64,000 nucleotides of DNA from Macrostomum hystrix (taxonomy: Eukaryota > Animalia > Platyhelminthes): assembly GCA_950097015.1 (NCBI GenBank), contig CATNEN010000030.1:2480001-2544000 (forward strand). The letters are read 5' to 3'. The translations under genes were made by a program, and so were the position numbers. The notes below the pieces were generated by a model that saw only the letters and a list, made by a program, of their open reading frames with translations, searched no databases and had not been told where the DNA came from. Of this stretch, positions 22,878 to 36,410 are shown in pieces (position 1 is the first letter of the stretch; each line of letters starts with the position of its first letter).

Positions 22878-23055
22878 AGGACGTTGGAGCGCAGTTTAAG
22901 ACTTGGACTTCAGATCGAGAGGTCTGGAGTTCGAATCCCAGCCTAATAAAACGATCAGTAACAGCTGTGCAAGAAATGTTGAGTGGCTCCGCCCTGTCCA
23001 CAGACTGAACAGATGTACAGCGAGCCACTGGCTGTACATCAGGCCCAATCGGGCT
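22878..23055 (+). mobile_element. Degenerate SINE-B copy
   Basis: tRNA-like head with GGAGTTCGAATCCC; 3' blocks TCCACAGACTGAACAG and GGCTGTACATCAGGCCC. Confidence 0.55.
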
Positions 23056-23209
23056 AGTTTTGCTTTCGCTTTGAACCCTACGATAAAAGAAGTAAGACGA
23101 AGTCGAATCAAAGTGCTTTTTCAAGACCAGTCCGCTACAAAAACGCTTTTTAGAAGCAGAAAAACTGAGTGGACGCTTTTATGCTGAGACAAGTAAAATA
23201 TAATATTAT

Positions 23210-23628
23210 CCCTGTAAAAATTCGGTTGCTTCTTCGGCGGGTTTTTTGTGCAAAATAGGAGTGGAATCTACCAAAATTCCCCCTATCTCGCAAGAGTTAA
23301 AGAAACCACCCAGGAAGCAGCCGATGTAACCGTAAATTGTGCGGAAACGGCCGAAGAATCACCCGAACCAGTGGCCCATGGGACAACCAGAGAATTATTT
23401 ACGGGCGATTCCTCGGCGGTTTCTGAGCATGGAATCTTCCGATCTGGAGGATTCTTTGGGTGATTCCATTTCGCCACCAAGAAGCACCGAGAAAACGCCC
23501 AGTTGGGTAGATTCTAAGCATGGAATCATCCGATTGGTATGTTTCCAGCGTTCGGCTGTTTCTTTTTCTGGAAACACCGCAGATTCCAACTGGAATCACC
23601 CAAAGAAACATCCCTATTTTTTAGCGGG
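23210..23628. mobile_element. MITE-like non-autonomous DNA transposon (419 bp)
   Basis: Imperfect TIRs CCCTGTAAAAA / TTTTTAGCGGG, each end flanked by AT; perfect internal 17-bp inverted repeat TTCTTTGGGTGATTCCA / TGGAATCACCCAAAGAA; internal ~22-bp direct repeat. Confidence 0.55.
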
Positions 23629-24435
23629 ATATTTAAAAAAATTACAAATTACTCGTAGAAAATGACAATAGCAATAAAACTGCTGAAGCAAAGTTACTTA
23701 AGAATCTTGTTATAAAATTTAAATGACATTCATAACTAGGCGCAAATTTATAGCAAACAATGAGCATAGCACTAAAATACGAAAATTGTTATAAATAATC
23801 ATAGGTGGCTAGCCTAAGCATTGCACGTTTAAAGAATTGAATAAACAATGAAACTATGTTATCGAAATAAAAGTTAAAATAATAACAACGATTAAGCAAA
23901 AATGTTTTGCAAATCCATTTAAGTAAAAAACATTTAGCAGAAATTTAGCGAGTCTATGGTACTTTAAGTACATAAAAACTGTTTCAAAAAAGAATAGAAA
24001 CAGAGTTGCCACGTCACGAAACTTTTAGTAAGTCTGGCGCGTTGCAGTAGAGAACAGTAGCAGCAACGAAAAGAAACAGAAAATCGATAGGAGATAATCA
24101 CTCAGACAAAATCGATAAATCAACTTTGCAAACACGTAACATTTGATACTGACGCTGCAACTGTCTCGATGTACTTTTAAGCGAATTCGGCCTTCAAATA
24201 GTTTCCCACAGATCGCTTATGCAACGGCCTTCTAACACTATAGTGGCACCTAGCTTGACTCCGACGAGTAAACTAATGAAGAAGTTCCAATTAAACGAGA
24301 AAATACTCGTAATTGAAAAGTACAAATCAACCACGAAAAAAAACAAGAAAGGAAATTTGTTAAGAAAAAAGAAAGGTCATTAATTGCGTCTTGTCCCAGC
24401 CACTTCTAAACAGTTGCATATCTGCTCAAGTTTCG

Positions 24436-24825
24436 GGGGTCAGACGCGGAGCCCTGATTAACGCATTTGCCCCTCGCACCAAGGTCCCTGAGCTCGATTC
24501 CGCGGCGAGGCCACATTCATTTAGGGCGCAGCCGCGGATAGAAGGCTTTGGGGCTTGTCTTGAAATTTACGCCCTTTAGGGCCAATCTTCAAATCACAGT
24601 GGGTGTACACTGTCAGACTGTCTGTCATTCGTGGCAGATGTACACATACGAGTTACGAGTTACACTCGAATGTGTGTGTCCCTGTGTACGCTATCTGTGT
24701 GCGTGTGTCCTCTAGAGTCAGCGGAATGGGCAGAATTGCCTCCGCGCTGACTGCGGGTCTAGTGTCACCAAATTATGAGTGATTTACCCCAGGCCTCCTG
24801 CAAAAAGCATTTATTTTATATAATT
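24436..24825 (+). mobile_element. SINE-A copy
   Basis: TTGCCCCTCGCACCAAGGTCCCTGAGCTCGATTCC head through GTCAGCGGAATGGGCAGAATTGCCTCCGCGCTGACTGCGGGTCTAGTGTCAC 3' end. Confidence 0.8.
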
Positions 24826-25082
24826 AAGTTTCACAAAACATAGACTTTGCTTGAAGTAGTATCAAATATAAATCGAACGCAAAAATTGTTCTAGCATAAA
24901 AAACTATCAATAGTTAAAAGATTAGAAAAAATTAATCGATAAATAAAAAGGTTCGTGTTACTCGTACAATTTAAAAGAACACAATTAGTAACACGATTGA
25001 ATTTAGGCAAAAAATAACGTTAAAACAGAGCAGCTTTGAGATACGAGCTAGAAGTGAATAGTTAGAGTTAGCATATTACTAA

Positions 25083-26620
25083 TTACTCAGCCTTCTTGCC
25101 ATTGCCATTGCTAATGATTGGATGCTTGGCGTGGTCTCCATTCTGCTGCTGCTGCTTTTGCTGTTGCTGGCGTCGGCCGGCAGTGTAAGCTTTGACATAG
25201 AAATTAGCGAACAGACCCAGAAAGATGACAGCGTAAGATAGAATCCACCAGGCGAACACAATGGGATAATTGCAGGGCATAAAGAACAGCTGGCAGGAGT
25301 GCACAGTGACCAATAAGAACTGACCAATTTGCAACTTGGTCATGTACCGCTTCCACCAGACTGAGTAACCGGCAGCGGCCAGGCCGTAGTACATGTACAT
25401 CAGGAAGTGAATAAACGAGTTTAGCATGGCGTGGAATGTGCCAAAGCCGCCGGGTACAAAATAGACGCCGAACCACCAGGAGGCTGGCATGATGGCGTGG
25501 TGGAACACGTGCAGGAATGACACCTGGTTGAACTTTTTCCTGTTGGAGAATTTCGAATGGTGGCAGCTGGATAGTGCGAGGAATTGAGGATTATCTAGTT
25601 TGGGAGATTTGAAAGGGTTGGAGCTTTGGATTTTGGTCGGTAGGTCGGGAGTTCGATTCTCAATGGAGACAATTCGTGCTGAAAAAAGGGTATTAGCATC
25701 AAAGGTTAAGCAATATAACATAGAAGATCAAGCTACTCGCCGTACCTAGCTAGCCGCGAACCAGAACTAGAAACAGGCAATGACACACCTGCAACACCTT
25801 ATCGTTCGTGGAACAAATTAGATAAAAACATGAACTCTAACAGCACTGAAACTTTTGTGGTACCACTGTGACTAAATAAACTTGCCGCTAACTCGGAATG
25901 CACTTTGTGAGAGCAATAAACAAGTTAATGGCTAACGATTTATCAATAATGTTAATGACAGGTCTTGATCCAGAGATCAGGAGCTCGAGTCTCAGCCTAA
26001 GGTTCTGTGTCCTAAGCTAGATCCTTAGGTCTCCATTGCTTTAGTTCCCACAGTAGATCACACAGGATTAATGTAGGCAAAGTATTAGCTCGGGTAGAAA
26101 TTTGGGTGGGTGAAAGCCTTCGATGGACCGCGCAAGAGCTTGGGCTGTGCAACTGGCTCTACATCTGGCACAAATGTGTTAAGTGCAGCAACTCGAATGA
26201 ATGGAAATGATAGAGAAAGCACAGCGCAAACCTGAGCACAAAGAACACAGTGTCGGCCAATTCAATAAACTTTGAAAAGTAAAACAGATAGCAGGCCCTG
26301 GCCATGCGCAAAGCCTGTTGAGATTCTGAATAGTCAACTGGCTGACAGCCGAAGCTGTAACCAGCCAGCCAACCAGAGGCCAGGAATTCATACACCAGAT
26401 AGCCGCTGAGAGCAACCATCCAGAAGTTGTAGACAATCATTGGATAGCGAAGGTCCATGGCTTGACGGTGTTGCATTGCCCGCATGCCCAGTACAATGGC
26501 AATTACATAAAGCACACAGATGATTGCAGATGGCAGTGGGCTGGACATAAGGAACCAGTCGCGTGTCCGTGGATCACCAAGCTTCATCAGACTGTGGTAC
26601 TGTTCTATTAGTGCTTCCAT
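25083..26620 (-). CDS. ELOVL: Elongation of very long chain fatty acids protein (ELOVL1/7-like, ~281 aa)
   Basis: Exons 26620-26232 and 25539-25083 (VLR|KKFNQ). Motifs DPRTRDWFLMSSP, FSKFIELADTVFFVLR, FLHVFHH (HxxHH), NSFIHFLMYMYY and YMTKLQIGQF; C-terminal KKAE dilysine-like ER signal. Confidence 0.95.
25605..25670 (+). mobile_element. SINE-B-like tRNA head remnant in the ELOVL intron
   Basis: GGTCGGGAGTTCGATTCTC is identical to the head at 3055-3071. Confidence 0.45.
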
Positions 26621-29600
26621 GGCAACTGGCTCCGCTGTAATAATAAATACAAACCTGTTTCTTTGGTCTAATCTTCACCTGTACTTTCTGCATTTTTTCC
26701 CTTTGTTCCTTTGGCACCCCTACATTTTCCCCTAGCTGATTTTGTGACTTGATTGGCTTACCCTTGTTTCACCCAGTCAATTTGGCTGGATTGAATGGGT
26801 GTTGCCCATATATGGGTATTTGATGACCTGAACAATTAACAAATTATATATAGCTGCCAGTGCATGTTGAACTGTTAGTTCTAGAGTTCTGCAAAAGCTA
26901 TGAATATAGCTATAAAAAACTATGAATATAGCTTTCTGGACTTTATAGACTGGAGTTATAGATCAGGATATGGTTATGAACTGTTCCTAATGTAAGTTTT
27001 CATTAAGCCCTTGTAAAAATTTCAGTGCCAGATGTATATAGAGGGTGTGGTTTTCCCTAGTTCTAGGCCTATTAAGATGGGGGCTAAGGATAATCTTTAT
27101 CTTCTATTCTTCATAGACCAATCCACATGTTCTTGACATGATTTCAAAGAATAGATAAAAATGCTCTTAATTTAACTGCCTACAATGGAACCCATTAATA
27201 CAATAATGTCATGTTCATGACTTGAGCTCTAGAGATTACGATGCCACATGCTTGTTATAGGATAGTGTTGAACAATATATATTGTAATAGTGTACAATAA
27301 ACCTATATACTCAAACTATATATATATTATAATAGTGTTTTTTTGAGGAAAAACTTTTCTTGTGTGAATATTTGTCTATTAATTATTACAAGATCATAAA
27401 AAGTATAAGAGAATCCAAGATTATTGAGTACTATAAGAAAATGAAGTATTCTTAGTGATAGATATGGATATATAGATATTAATAAAACTAATATTAAAAT
27501 ATGCATGTCAATTAATTGCTTTTTACTCAAGTTGTGCTAATGCTAGTGCAAAAATGAGTACACAATTCCAACATACTAGACAAAAAAGCAAGATAGTGCC
27601 CTTTGTTTTAACTTTCATTTCCTCCAGTACTAGTACTGGAAAATAGGATTTTATTTGCATCCACTTTTTAAGCTTGAGATACAAGCTTGCATCCACATTT
27701 TTGGCAGAAAAAACCCTGGTACAACACATCTATATACAGTTTTTTTTATCCAAATAGGGTGTAATTTACACACTGAAATTTAGATTTGCACCCACTTTTT
27801 TGGCACTGGATACAACTTGTGCATCTGCATTTTTTAGATCAAGATGCATGCAAGTCATTTTTTAGCAAAGGTTACAAACAAAACATCATGTATATAAATA
27901 TATTGTAAATAATGAAACAATAAGATAATTAATTACTCATCCCAACAAAATTCACAAATTTAGACCTAGATGCAAGTTGCATCCTAGTTTTCATATTTAC
28001 ATCCATTTTTAAGCTTGAGATGCAAGCTTGCATTCACATTTTTGGCAGAAAAATAAACCCTGCATCTATAGATACTTTGTTTAGTAGCTACTTTTTCTTA
28101 TTTAAAGTCTCCCATGCCTTTAAAAAATATATGTATACTATAAGACTGGCTTATAGCTACTAATAGATAATTAATCTAGTTTGATAATAGCCCCATCTTA
28201 ATAATTCAAATAGTACATAAGTTAACATAACACGCATCCGAGTGTATACTCTAATAAAGACTCGACAAGCTCGATCATGGTTGACATTAAGTCTCGCGCC
28301 ACACCTCAAAAGTGCACACTAAACTTTAAAAGTAAATTACAAATATTGATTTAAAACTGCAACTAAAATTACTTTAAAAGTGTTAATGACGTTTTAAATG
28401 CTCATCTGACTATCTTAATGTATAAAACATAACTTTCGCTATACTTTCTTATAATTTAAATCCGTTAGCCATTAACGTATTTTTTCAGAAAAGCGTGTCC
28501 AATAGGGTTTCTTAGAACAGATTCCCATGCGTGCTTAACTAAGTCTAACCGTATGAGTCTAAGTTAGGCTAGGCCGAGGCCTACTCCTGCTAAAATACAT
28601 TAAAGAGCTAAACTACAGCTTAAAATTGGAGCATTTTAACTAAAGCAAGAACAGATTAATTTTTTGTTTAATTTTTATTATCGTTTAGGCCTCATAACCA
28701 TATTTTGGACTAAGTAGGCCTCAGTACATAATTTCGACATTAGGCAAAATTTCTGTTGATATTTTTTACAACACGTCAAAACTTTTTACAGCACTTGTTA
28801 GTTTCTAATCACTAGCTTAGGTCTTATCAACATGTTTAGTCGAGGCTTAAGGTCCGAAACTAGAAGCAAAGCAAAGGAAGATTTAAAGAAAATTGTGTCC
28901 ACAATAGAACATGTGAGAAAGTGGTGAGTAGATTTTAATTAAGTTGCATTGCTATTAAATGTCTAGCTTACCAAGTTTTTAATTGAAAATGTTTTCATAA
29001 GCTAGGCCTATACAGAATAGTTTTCATTTATACTTTTGTTATTGTTATTTTTTTCAGGCAGTTGGGCAATCCTCTAGTTTTGCACATTTTACTCAACTTG
29101 ATTATATAAATTTTATACAGTTTATAAAATATTCCATAGATTTTATGATAATTCAAAAAATATCTTATAATAGATGTAATAGCAATAACTTCTCTATAAT
29201 ACAGAAATACTAATATATGTGAAAAAGTATAAAAAATGATGAACAACAACAAATAGGCCTAAAAACAAACAAGCCAATCAGACTTCATTGCAGTGCATTC
29301 AGACAGTGTTGTAGTATGCTACCCAGTTTATATTTATGCCTAAGGTTACAAATCAAGGCAAGTTAACAATGCAAAATTGAAATTGTCTTTCTTTCTTAAT
29401 GTCTCTCACCCATTCTCTTATCCCTTTTGCTTTGATATTGGCCATATATGTTGCCAAATACTTCCTATGTCATTCATAAACTCATGTGAGTTCCAGAATT
29501 TACTCTCAAAAGGAATGAAAGAATATAGTCATTACCTCTCATAAAATAATTGAATGTGCAAAATGAAAGCATAGCTGGCAGTTATTAATCTTATGGTGAT

Positions 29601-31815
29601 TTTACAAATAACAGAATGATATTCATAGCTTGACTGATATGGGATGTGATATGTCAATATGAAACCTAACTGATAACATAACAGCTTTTAGTGACAATAG
29701 TGACGATGATAAAAAACAGCTAGTGACATGATAAGTTAATTCTATAATTAACAATATGTATACCACAAAAATATAATTTCGGCTATTTGTATGGTCACTA
29801 TATAAATAAACAACTGCCTATTTTTTATTCTATCTTTTCAGGTGCAAGTGCTCATTAACTTCATTTTGTCAGATTAGTTAAAAATATCTAAGATAGGTAT
29901 TTCAATTCTGACTAGTTGATGAAGTTACAAAACTAGTCAAATTCATTATGTTAAAGACTGTGTCATAAAAGTGGTTTAAGTGTTCTTAAAGTAACAGTTT
30001 GATCTTACTGCTATATCTAGTTATGTGCATTTTGGTACCTATGCTTTTCAGTACAAGGCATTTTATTGCAATCTTTCTTTTTCATGTTTTTGATACATTT
30101 TGTCTCATCTGAACAAAGGCTCTTGCATCAGACAAACAAATGTATGATGAGTACATAAATAGGTTGCATGATGCTAATCCATGGTTTCACTATGCTCAAT
30201 GTGAATGATTGGACAAGAAACATAGAAGTAGTCCCAAAATTGACCAACAATAAATTCTAATCATACTACTAATACAGTATTCAGTTGTGAACTTAAAAGT
30301 TGTGTATATATATGTTCAAATGTAGTAAGTATATCTCAGTCGATATATATATATATCTTGTAAGTTATTAATCACATGCAAGTAGGCACATTTTGTGTTT
30401 TTTGCATTTGATGATCTCAAATGTATAGAAATTACTCTAATAAAGGCATGTGGATTCATCTATTGTTTAGTTTTATCCTATATGATTAAAGTCTACTGAA
30501 ACATAATTGTGTCTTTAAACAGGATGAACAGCAAATCCAAAATATTTTTCTAATTAGGCTTAGCTCAAATGACAACATCATATTAAAAGGGAAACAAAAA
30601 CAGCTAAATAGTGTAGACATTTTACAGCTGAAAAAGTAAAAGTAGGTTAAAGAGAAATAAATCAGTAATTTAGCAACTCAATACTTTAAGTTATTAGGCG
30701 ATCTATAAACTCATTAGTTTTCTAAATTTAGCATGTAGCATTTTATTTCCTTGACATTTCTTGACAATTTTTTTCTGACATATTGTGACCTAGTGACCTA
30801 GTATTTGTCATTATATAATCTACCAGCAATCCATTTTTATTCCCAACCTTCAAGTTGTGCAATAGCAATTTTGTGGAGAAACTATAGTTTCATTTAAATT
30901 TAGTATGTTGTGTACATTGAGTACTGTAGTTTGCAAAGATTTTTCAAGTGAATTATTATAATAATTGTATTTATTGCTACATTTTACTTAATTAATAAAT
31001 TTAGTGCCAGTTAGCTTCATTTTTTAGTTTATATTAAATTACCAGCAAATTTAAGCTGTGACTTATTGTAGTTACTTATTTATGTTTAAAATGTCAGTAC
31101 ACATTGTGATTTATATTTGGGTTGGATTAATTAGTTGTAGGAGGTAAAGTAAGCCAATGTTAGACTGCATTGAATGCACAAATAAATGTTGTAGAAAACA
31201 ATAGGAAAGATGAACTGTTACATTTTTATTGGTTTTAGACAGATGAGTTTATTGTATCTAACATAACACTATAGAATTGTCACAAACCACAATAACAAAT
31301 TTTACAAAATCAAAACATATTATCATATAATATCATCAGATTTCAACAGTCAGTAAGTACAAAACAATTTTGTACATACTTTAAAAATGTTAAGGAGCAT
31401 CAAGTGCACAATATTGTTCTTTTTTACTTTAGGAGTAAATGTTGCACAATCATGTCCTTGTAAGTCACAAAAAAATTTTACTATGTAAAGACCCATGTGT
31501 CTTACTATTTGTACAATTTTTTTCTTTTTATGCATTTTTTCATAGAAATTTTTTATTGCCTTACATGTGTTCCTTTTTTCAATGCAATCAAGTTAGATGG
31601 CAATATAAAGTCATTATTAATTCATTTTCATTTTTTCTTTGTTTTGTTGTTGCATCACTTTTTATTACTACAAGCTTCTAAAGTTCTACTTACTATTGCC
31701 ATTTCATTGCTTGTTTTAGTAGTATGAAATGGACTTTTTTGTTATGAAGGGGAAATTTTTTATATATTGGGCGCAATAGTATAACTAAAATAATGCCTAG
31801 AGGTAAAAGGGAAGG

Positions 31816-32724
31816 TTACAAGTCAAAGTACATATGCGTTGTTGCATAGTTCTTATGTATAGTAGGCGCTGACGAGGAGCAGGGCATGTGAGACTGTACA
31901 GAATCCACTACCACACCGCTGTGATTGCCATAACCGTGCTGCTGCTGCACCAGATGCAACTGTTGCATCTGGTGGTGCTGATGATGTAGTTGTTGCTGCT
32001 GGTTACGCAGCTGTTGCTGGTGTGGCGAGTAGTGATATTGCTGCGACGACTGTTTCTGTTGCTGCTGCTGTTGGTAAGCGCGAATTTGCCTGACCGAACA
32101 GGTGGGCGAGGGACAAGCAGCGTTCTGATTCTCGGTCACTAAGGAGACTGCCGCGTGCACGGGGGTTGACGCGGTCACCAGGTGTGTTTCAGTCGGATGA
32201 CAGCACAGGCAGTCCTTGTAGGTAAAGCAAAGTAGAATAGCGGACACCAGTGACTGCACTAGCAACAGGCCAATCTGGCCAGTCTCTTTTAGTACAATGT
32301 AGTAGCCACACTCTCGACAATGAAGCTCAAAGCTCGGACTCGGTTTATACTGCTGCTGCAGGATGAGGCTCAGTTCAAGGATGTGTGCAATGCACAGTAA
32401 CACACCGATGAACGCCACCGCCAGTGATGCGACGCAGAATACTAGGCAGGTGTTGATGGAGCAAACTGTTCTAGTCTTTGGCACTGCCATTGTTACGGCG
32501 CCTAGAATTACAAATGGCGCGCCTGTCCATATGCCAATGCCCATTGTTGTTAGTCCGCGCTTGATAATGAATACGGACACTTCGGCTAGCATGCAGAGAA
32601 CCCCGATGCCAAAGCTGGCCCGGCCGCAGTGCTTGTATACTGATGGTCGGGCAACGCGTTGCTGATCGTATATAGACTTTTCCTGCGGCCCATCGCCGTT
32701 GCACATTTGACGCTCGCTGCCCAT
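31816..32724 (-). CDS. Intronless 4-TM membrane protein, CD20/MS4A-like, with a Q/H-rich C-tail (302 aa)
   Basis: Single ATG-initiated ORF with four hydrophobic segments and a GIGIWTGAPFVILG motif typical of the CD20-like family. Confidence 0.65.
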   Translation of the reverse strand: MGSERQMCNGDGPQEKSIYDQQRVARPSVYKHCGRASFGIGVLCMLAEVSVFIIKRGLTTMGIGIWTGAPFVILGAVTMAVPKTRTVCSINTCLVFCVASLAVAFIGVLLCIAHILELSLILQQQYKPSPSFELHCRECGYYIVLKETGQIGLLLVQSLVSAILLCFTYKDCLCCHPTETHLVTASTPVHAAVSLVTENQNAACPSPTCSVRQIRAYQQQQQQKQSSQQYHYSPHQQQLRNQQQQLHHQHHQMQQLHLVQQQHGYGNHSGVVVDSVQSHMPCSSSAPTIHKNYATTHMYFDL

Positions 32725-35700
32725 TTTGTGCTTTTAAGCTGACTCTTAGGGCTTTGAATAACAGCAATATAGCACTACAGCTAATCTTAGTATGGTGTCT
32801 TTCTCTCGCACCACCGTCTCGCTGTGTGGAAAATCCAGACGGAGGTCTTTTAAAGATTGACACAGTATTGCAAAGTTTAGCTAGAGCGCAGATCGCCTGC
32901 TCCAGGATGCCTGACTTCGTGTCACATTGCGCTCTTATTAATGCCTTCCGGATAGGTGGCTGGCTGAAAGGGGGGCTGGCGATGAACGGAGGGAGGTAGG
33001 CGTTTTGGTCTGTCGTCGGCTTACCGCCTTGTCTGTGTGTCTCCTCACCCAAGTCCCTTAGCGCTCCCCATTTCCCCTCCGCCAATTCTTCGGCGCTAAG
33101 CCAGGCCGACCACTTCGGTTGCCGCCGCTACCTCCTCCACTCCCAACCAACCCTCCGTATCTATGTGCCCTTTCCTGTTTTCCCTCCGTTTCCTACTCTG
33201 CCAGCGCTTCTCCGGCAGTTTTTTTCTTTAAGTCTACCCTCTTTTCCTAGACCAATCCCCCGCGATTACTCCTCCCTCGATATTTTTGCTTCGCAGTTCA
33301 CACTCTTTTCTGTCTGAAGCGGCAGCATTTGTTGTTACTGAGGGAGCGCACGCATGTAGAGACGCCCTCATTGTCTGACTAGCCAGATCAGTTACACAAA
33401 TATTGCATAGACGCACATTTATTAGGTTGCTTCGGGATAATTTAGTCTTTAGTATGAACTACTACAACTTACAACTTTAGGCTGCATCGATGCGGTCGAT
33501 GTTAACATTTCATGCAGCTTGATTGTCCCCTATAATAGTTCGCTTCCCCATGGGAATAGGAAAGGAATGATGTGTCTCCTTTCGATGACTCGTATCAGTG
33601 TGTGAAAACCCAGATAACAGCTGGCAACTAGTTTGTGGAAATGAATAATAGATTAGCAGTTGTAGGTGCATTGACCAGTTTGATCCGCTTTCAATTAAAT
33701 GACGTTTGCCTTACATCAGCCTGCAGCATAAGTGCTAAAAGTGTGACAGTGTAGCAAGTTGCATATTATGTTAATTTTAATGTTTTGTATCACAAGAACA
33801 TTAAAAGAATGATTTTTCTTTGAAACTTAGGGTGTGAATAACATCGTAATGATGTTTAAAATGATAACCTTATACTTGATTCAATTTGTTCAATAAAGGC
33901 TGGCGTTAAAGCTATGCTTTAGAATATTGAAAACTGTTGCCTCTTAGCAGTTAGCACCCTGTGTACTAAGTCCGCAGAAAAATCGTTTGTCGGTGCCATT
34001 ATATTCAGGTAATAAAGCCAACGAAGTACTCCTTTTATGGATGCTAGAAGGATTATGACATGCCAGGCATCAGTTAAATTTATGTTTGACTGGCAGATAA
34101 AATAAACGTATGGCTTTAAAAATCCTTCTCTACAATATGCATTTTAACTTCTTTGCCATTCTAAAATTATCAAGTAAAGACACTGATGTTCTTCGGATAC
34201 GAATTCTCAGTTATTGCTTGCCAATCATTTCAACCGTTCTTCGTGCTTGAAACAAAAGGAGATTATTGTAAAATGGCTTAGAACTTTGTGACGATACCAA
34301 ATGATGCCCTGGCCACGCAGTACAGAATGTGAGAGGTCAAGTGGAGTCTTGATAAAGGGGAATGCAGTCAGGCGTGGAAAGGCATTGATGGAAGAACGAT
34401 AAAAAATAAATAGTGTGGGTCTCTGGTAAGGTTGGGTAGTCGTGTGCGTCATTGCCGCAGCATAGTCAGGCCCCTACCATGCATGGCGCAGCTCCAGTTG
34501 CTGAGTCAGACAATCTTTGCGTCTACTAGAGGCAAAGGAGGGTGGCGAAGCAGAGAAATCGAAGGGTGGTAAGGAACGAAATAGGGGAGTGAAGCGAAAA
34601 GCTGTTTGCACAGGATTCCCTGTAATTCCTCTGGCAAATTTCCTAGTGGCTTAACTGGCTCTGTGCAGGAAGAAATGCGAAGAAACGCGAATATACTACG
34701 CATAGGCCTTTGAGCAGGACAGTGTTATATAAATTCTAAACCGCAAGCTGCAGCTTACTGGGACCTCAATGGAAACGCATGCGCTCTCTTCTTTAGAGAC
34801 TGACAGCGAAAAATAAAGCAGACAGGCTTTGTGGATTGGCTTTTCCTGCTTTAGGAGATTAGGGTTGCTATAAGTCAAGTCTATTACGACAGACTCGCAG
34901 TTAGCTAGGCGCGAATTTTCTAGCGTGGAGTGGGTCGAAGTAGTTTTTTCCACCCTTCTGCTCGTCGCATTGTGCTGCGCAACGAGTAGAAATATTTTTC
35001 TTTTCGAAACAGTGCCTTTCCGCACTTTTGCCTGCCCTGGAAGTCTTTTGCCAGTGCTAGCGCTTCAAGCACTATGTTAGCGCATTATCATGCAAAATAT
35101 AGTGCATTGGCTTGAGTGCTCCAGGTTAGAGGGGGTCATTTGGGCACTGACTGGAACAGGCTACTGCTGCTGCTACTGTCAAAGCCAGCCATCTATTGCT
35201 GTGCCATTCTCCTAAGCGTAGACGACTTGGCGACAGATTGGACTACGTCTGGAGAACGAGGCAACGTGAATAAGAGAATATAAGACTAGCGGTGGTGAAA
35301 GTAGGAGGGGTTGAAAATAATTTGCCCATATACCGCTTTCCCTCTGAGCAAGAAGGCCTGTAATCAATAAACTTTGCAGGAGTGGAAACGGGGAGTGGCC
35401 TAGGAAAAAAGTAATTTGAACTGCTGCTGCCACATTTCATATTTTGTGCCTGACCGAATCTATGTGCGCTTGTCTGCAATCATTTTATTTCTATAGGTCT
35501 ACTAGTCCGAATTCTTTGTCCTTTCAAGCGACAAGATTAATAAATTCTTTCTTCTCTCGTTTTTCGTTCAATATGCGGTGACGGTGCGATGGTCGGCTTG
35601 TGTTCCTGCAGCGTGTGAGCAGGCTCACTGGCGAAGATTAGAGAAGCATGACTGATTGCCTTCGCGTTCTCCTGCTCGGCTTCTTGAACACTGTGGGATT

Positions 35701-36410
35701 GCGCCAGCGAAAAGAGACAGCTGCACTACTGTACTACTGTACAACTCTCCACTCAGTATGCTAGTGGATAGGGGGAGGATAGGTCTTCTTTCAAGCCGCC
35801 CACCCGTTGATGCTGATCGCGAAAGAATGCGCCCCGGGGGCCTTTCGCAGGTTTACCGGACTTCGCAGTCTGGTCAAAAAATTAACGTAAAGAGTATACG
35901 GGTAACTTGCCACGCAAGATGCGCTCGCCTTGGTGATGCCTCGTGCAGGAAGGAACACTCGAGAATAAAGGAATGTCACGGCGAATGAATAAGTGAACAC
36001 TATTCGATGCCAAAAGTGCGCAGACGCTTTAGTCGACTGTGGTATGCAGTAATGTGACATGGCCCGCTGATAGGAAGTGGTGAATTGCAACGCCTGCGCC
36101 GTAGCCAAGTGGCCGCGAGCAACATGGATTGAAGGGTTTGCAGAATTGACGGCTTGGTACGGTCAATTTGCCTCCTCCCGCTTTTCTTTCCCTGTGCGAG
36201 AGGCTCATCTCTAATATTGTGGAGTATTGATTATGCCAATCCTGCAGTTTCACGCTTCTTGTGCTACATATAATTTATTTATAAGTTTAAAAGCCGTTAT
36301 TTTTTTAAAGTTCAGCTAGGCGCCATAATTGAATCTTACGGAATGCAAAAAATTAAGCACTAAAATATTATCCTTTGTTTTTAATGTGTAATTCTCCCCA
36401 AAGAATAAAT

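Noticed and set aside
35580-35655. MYND-finger-like ACEQAHWRRLEKH
   Set aside because: An in-frame stop follows, and the preceding CxxC pairs are not in frame.
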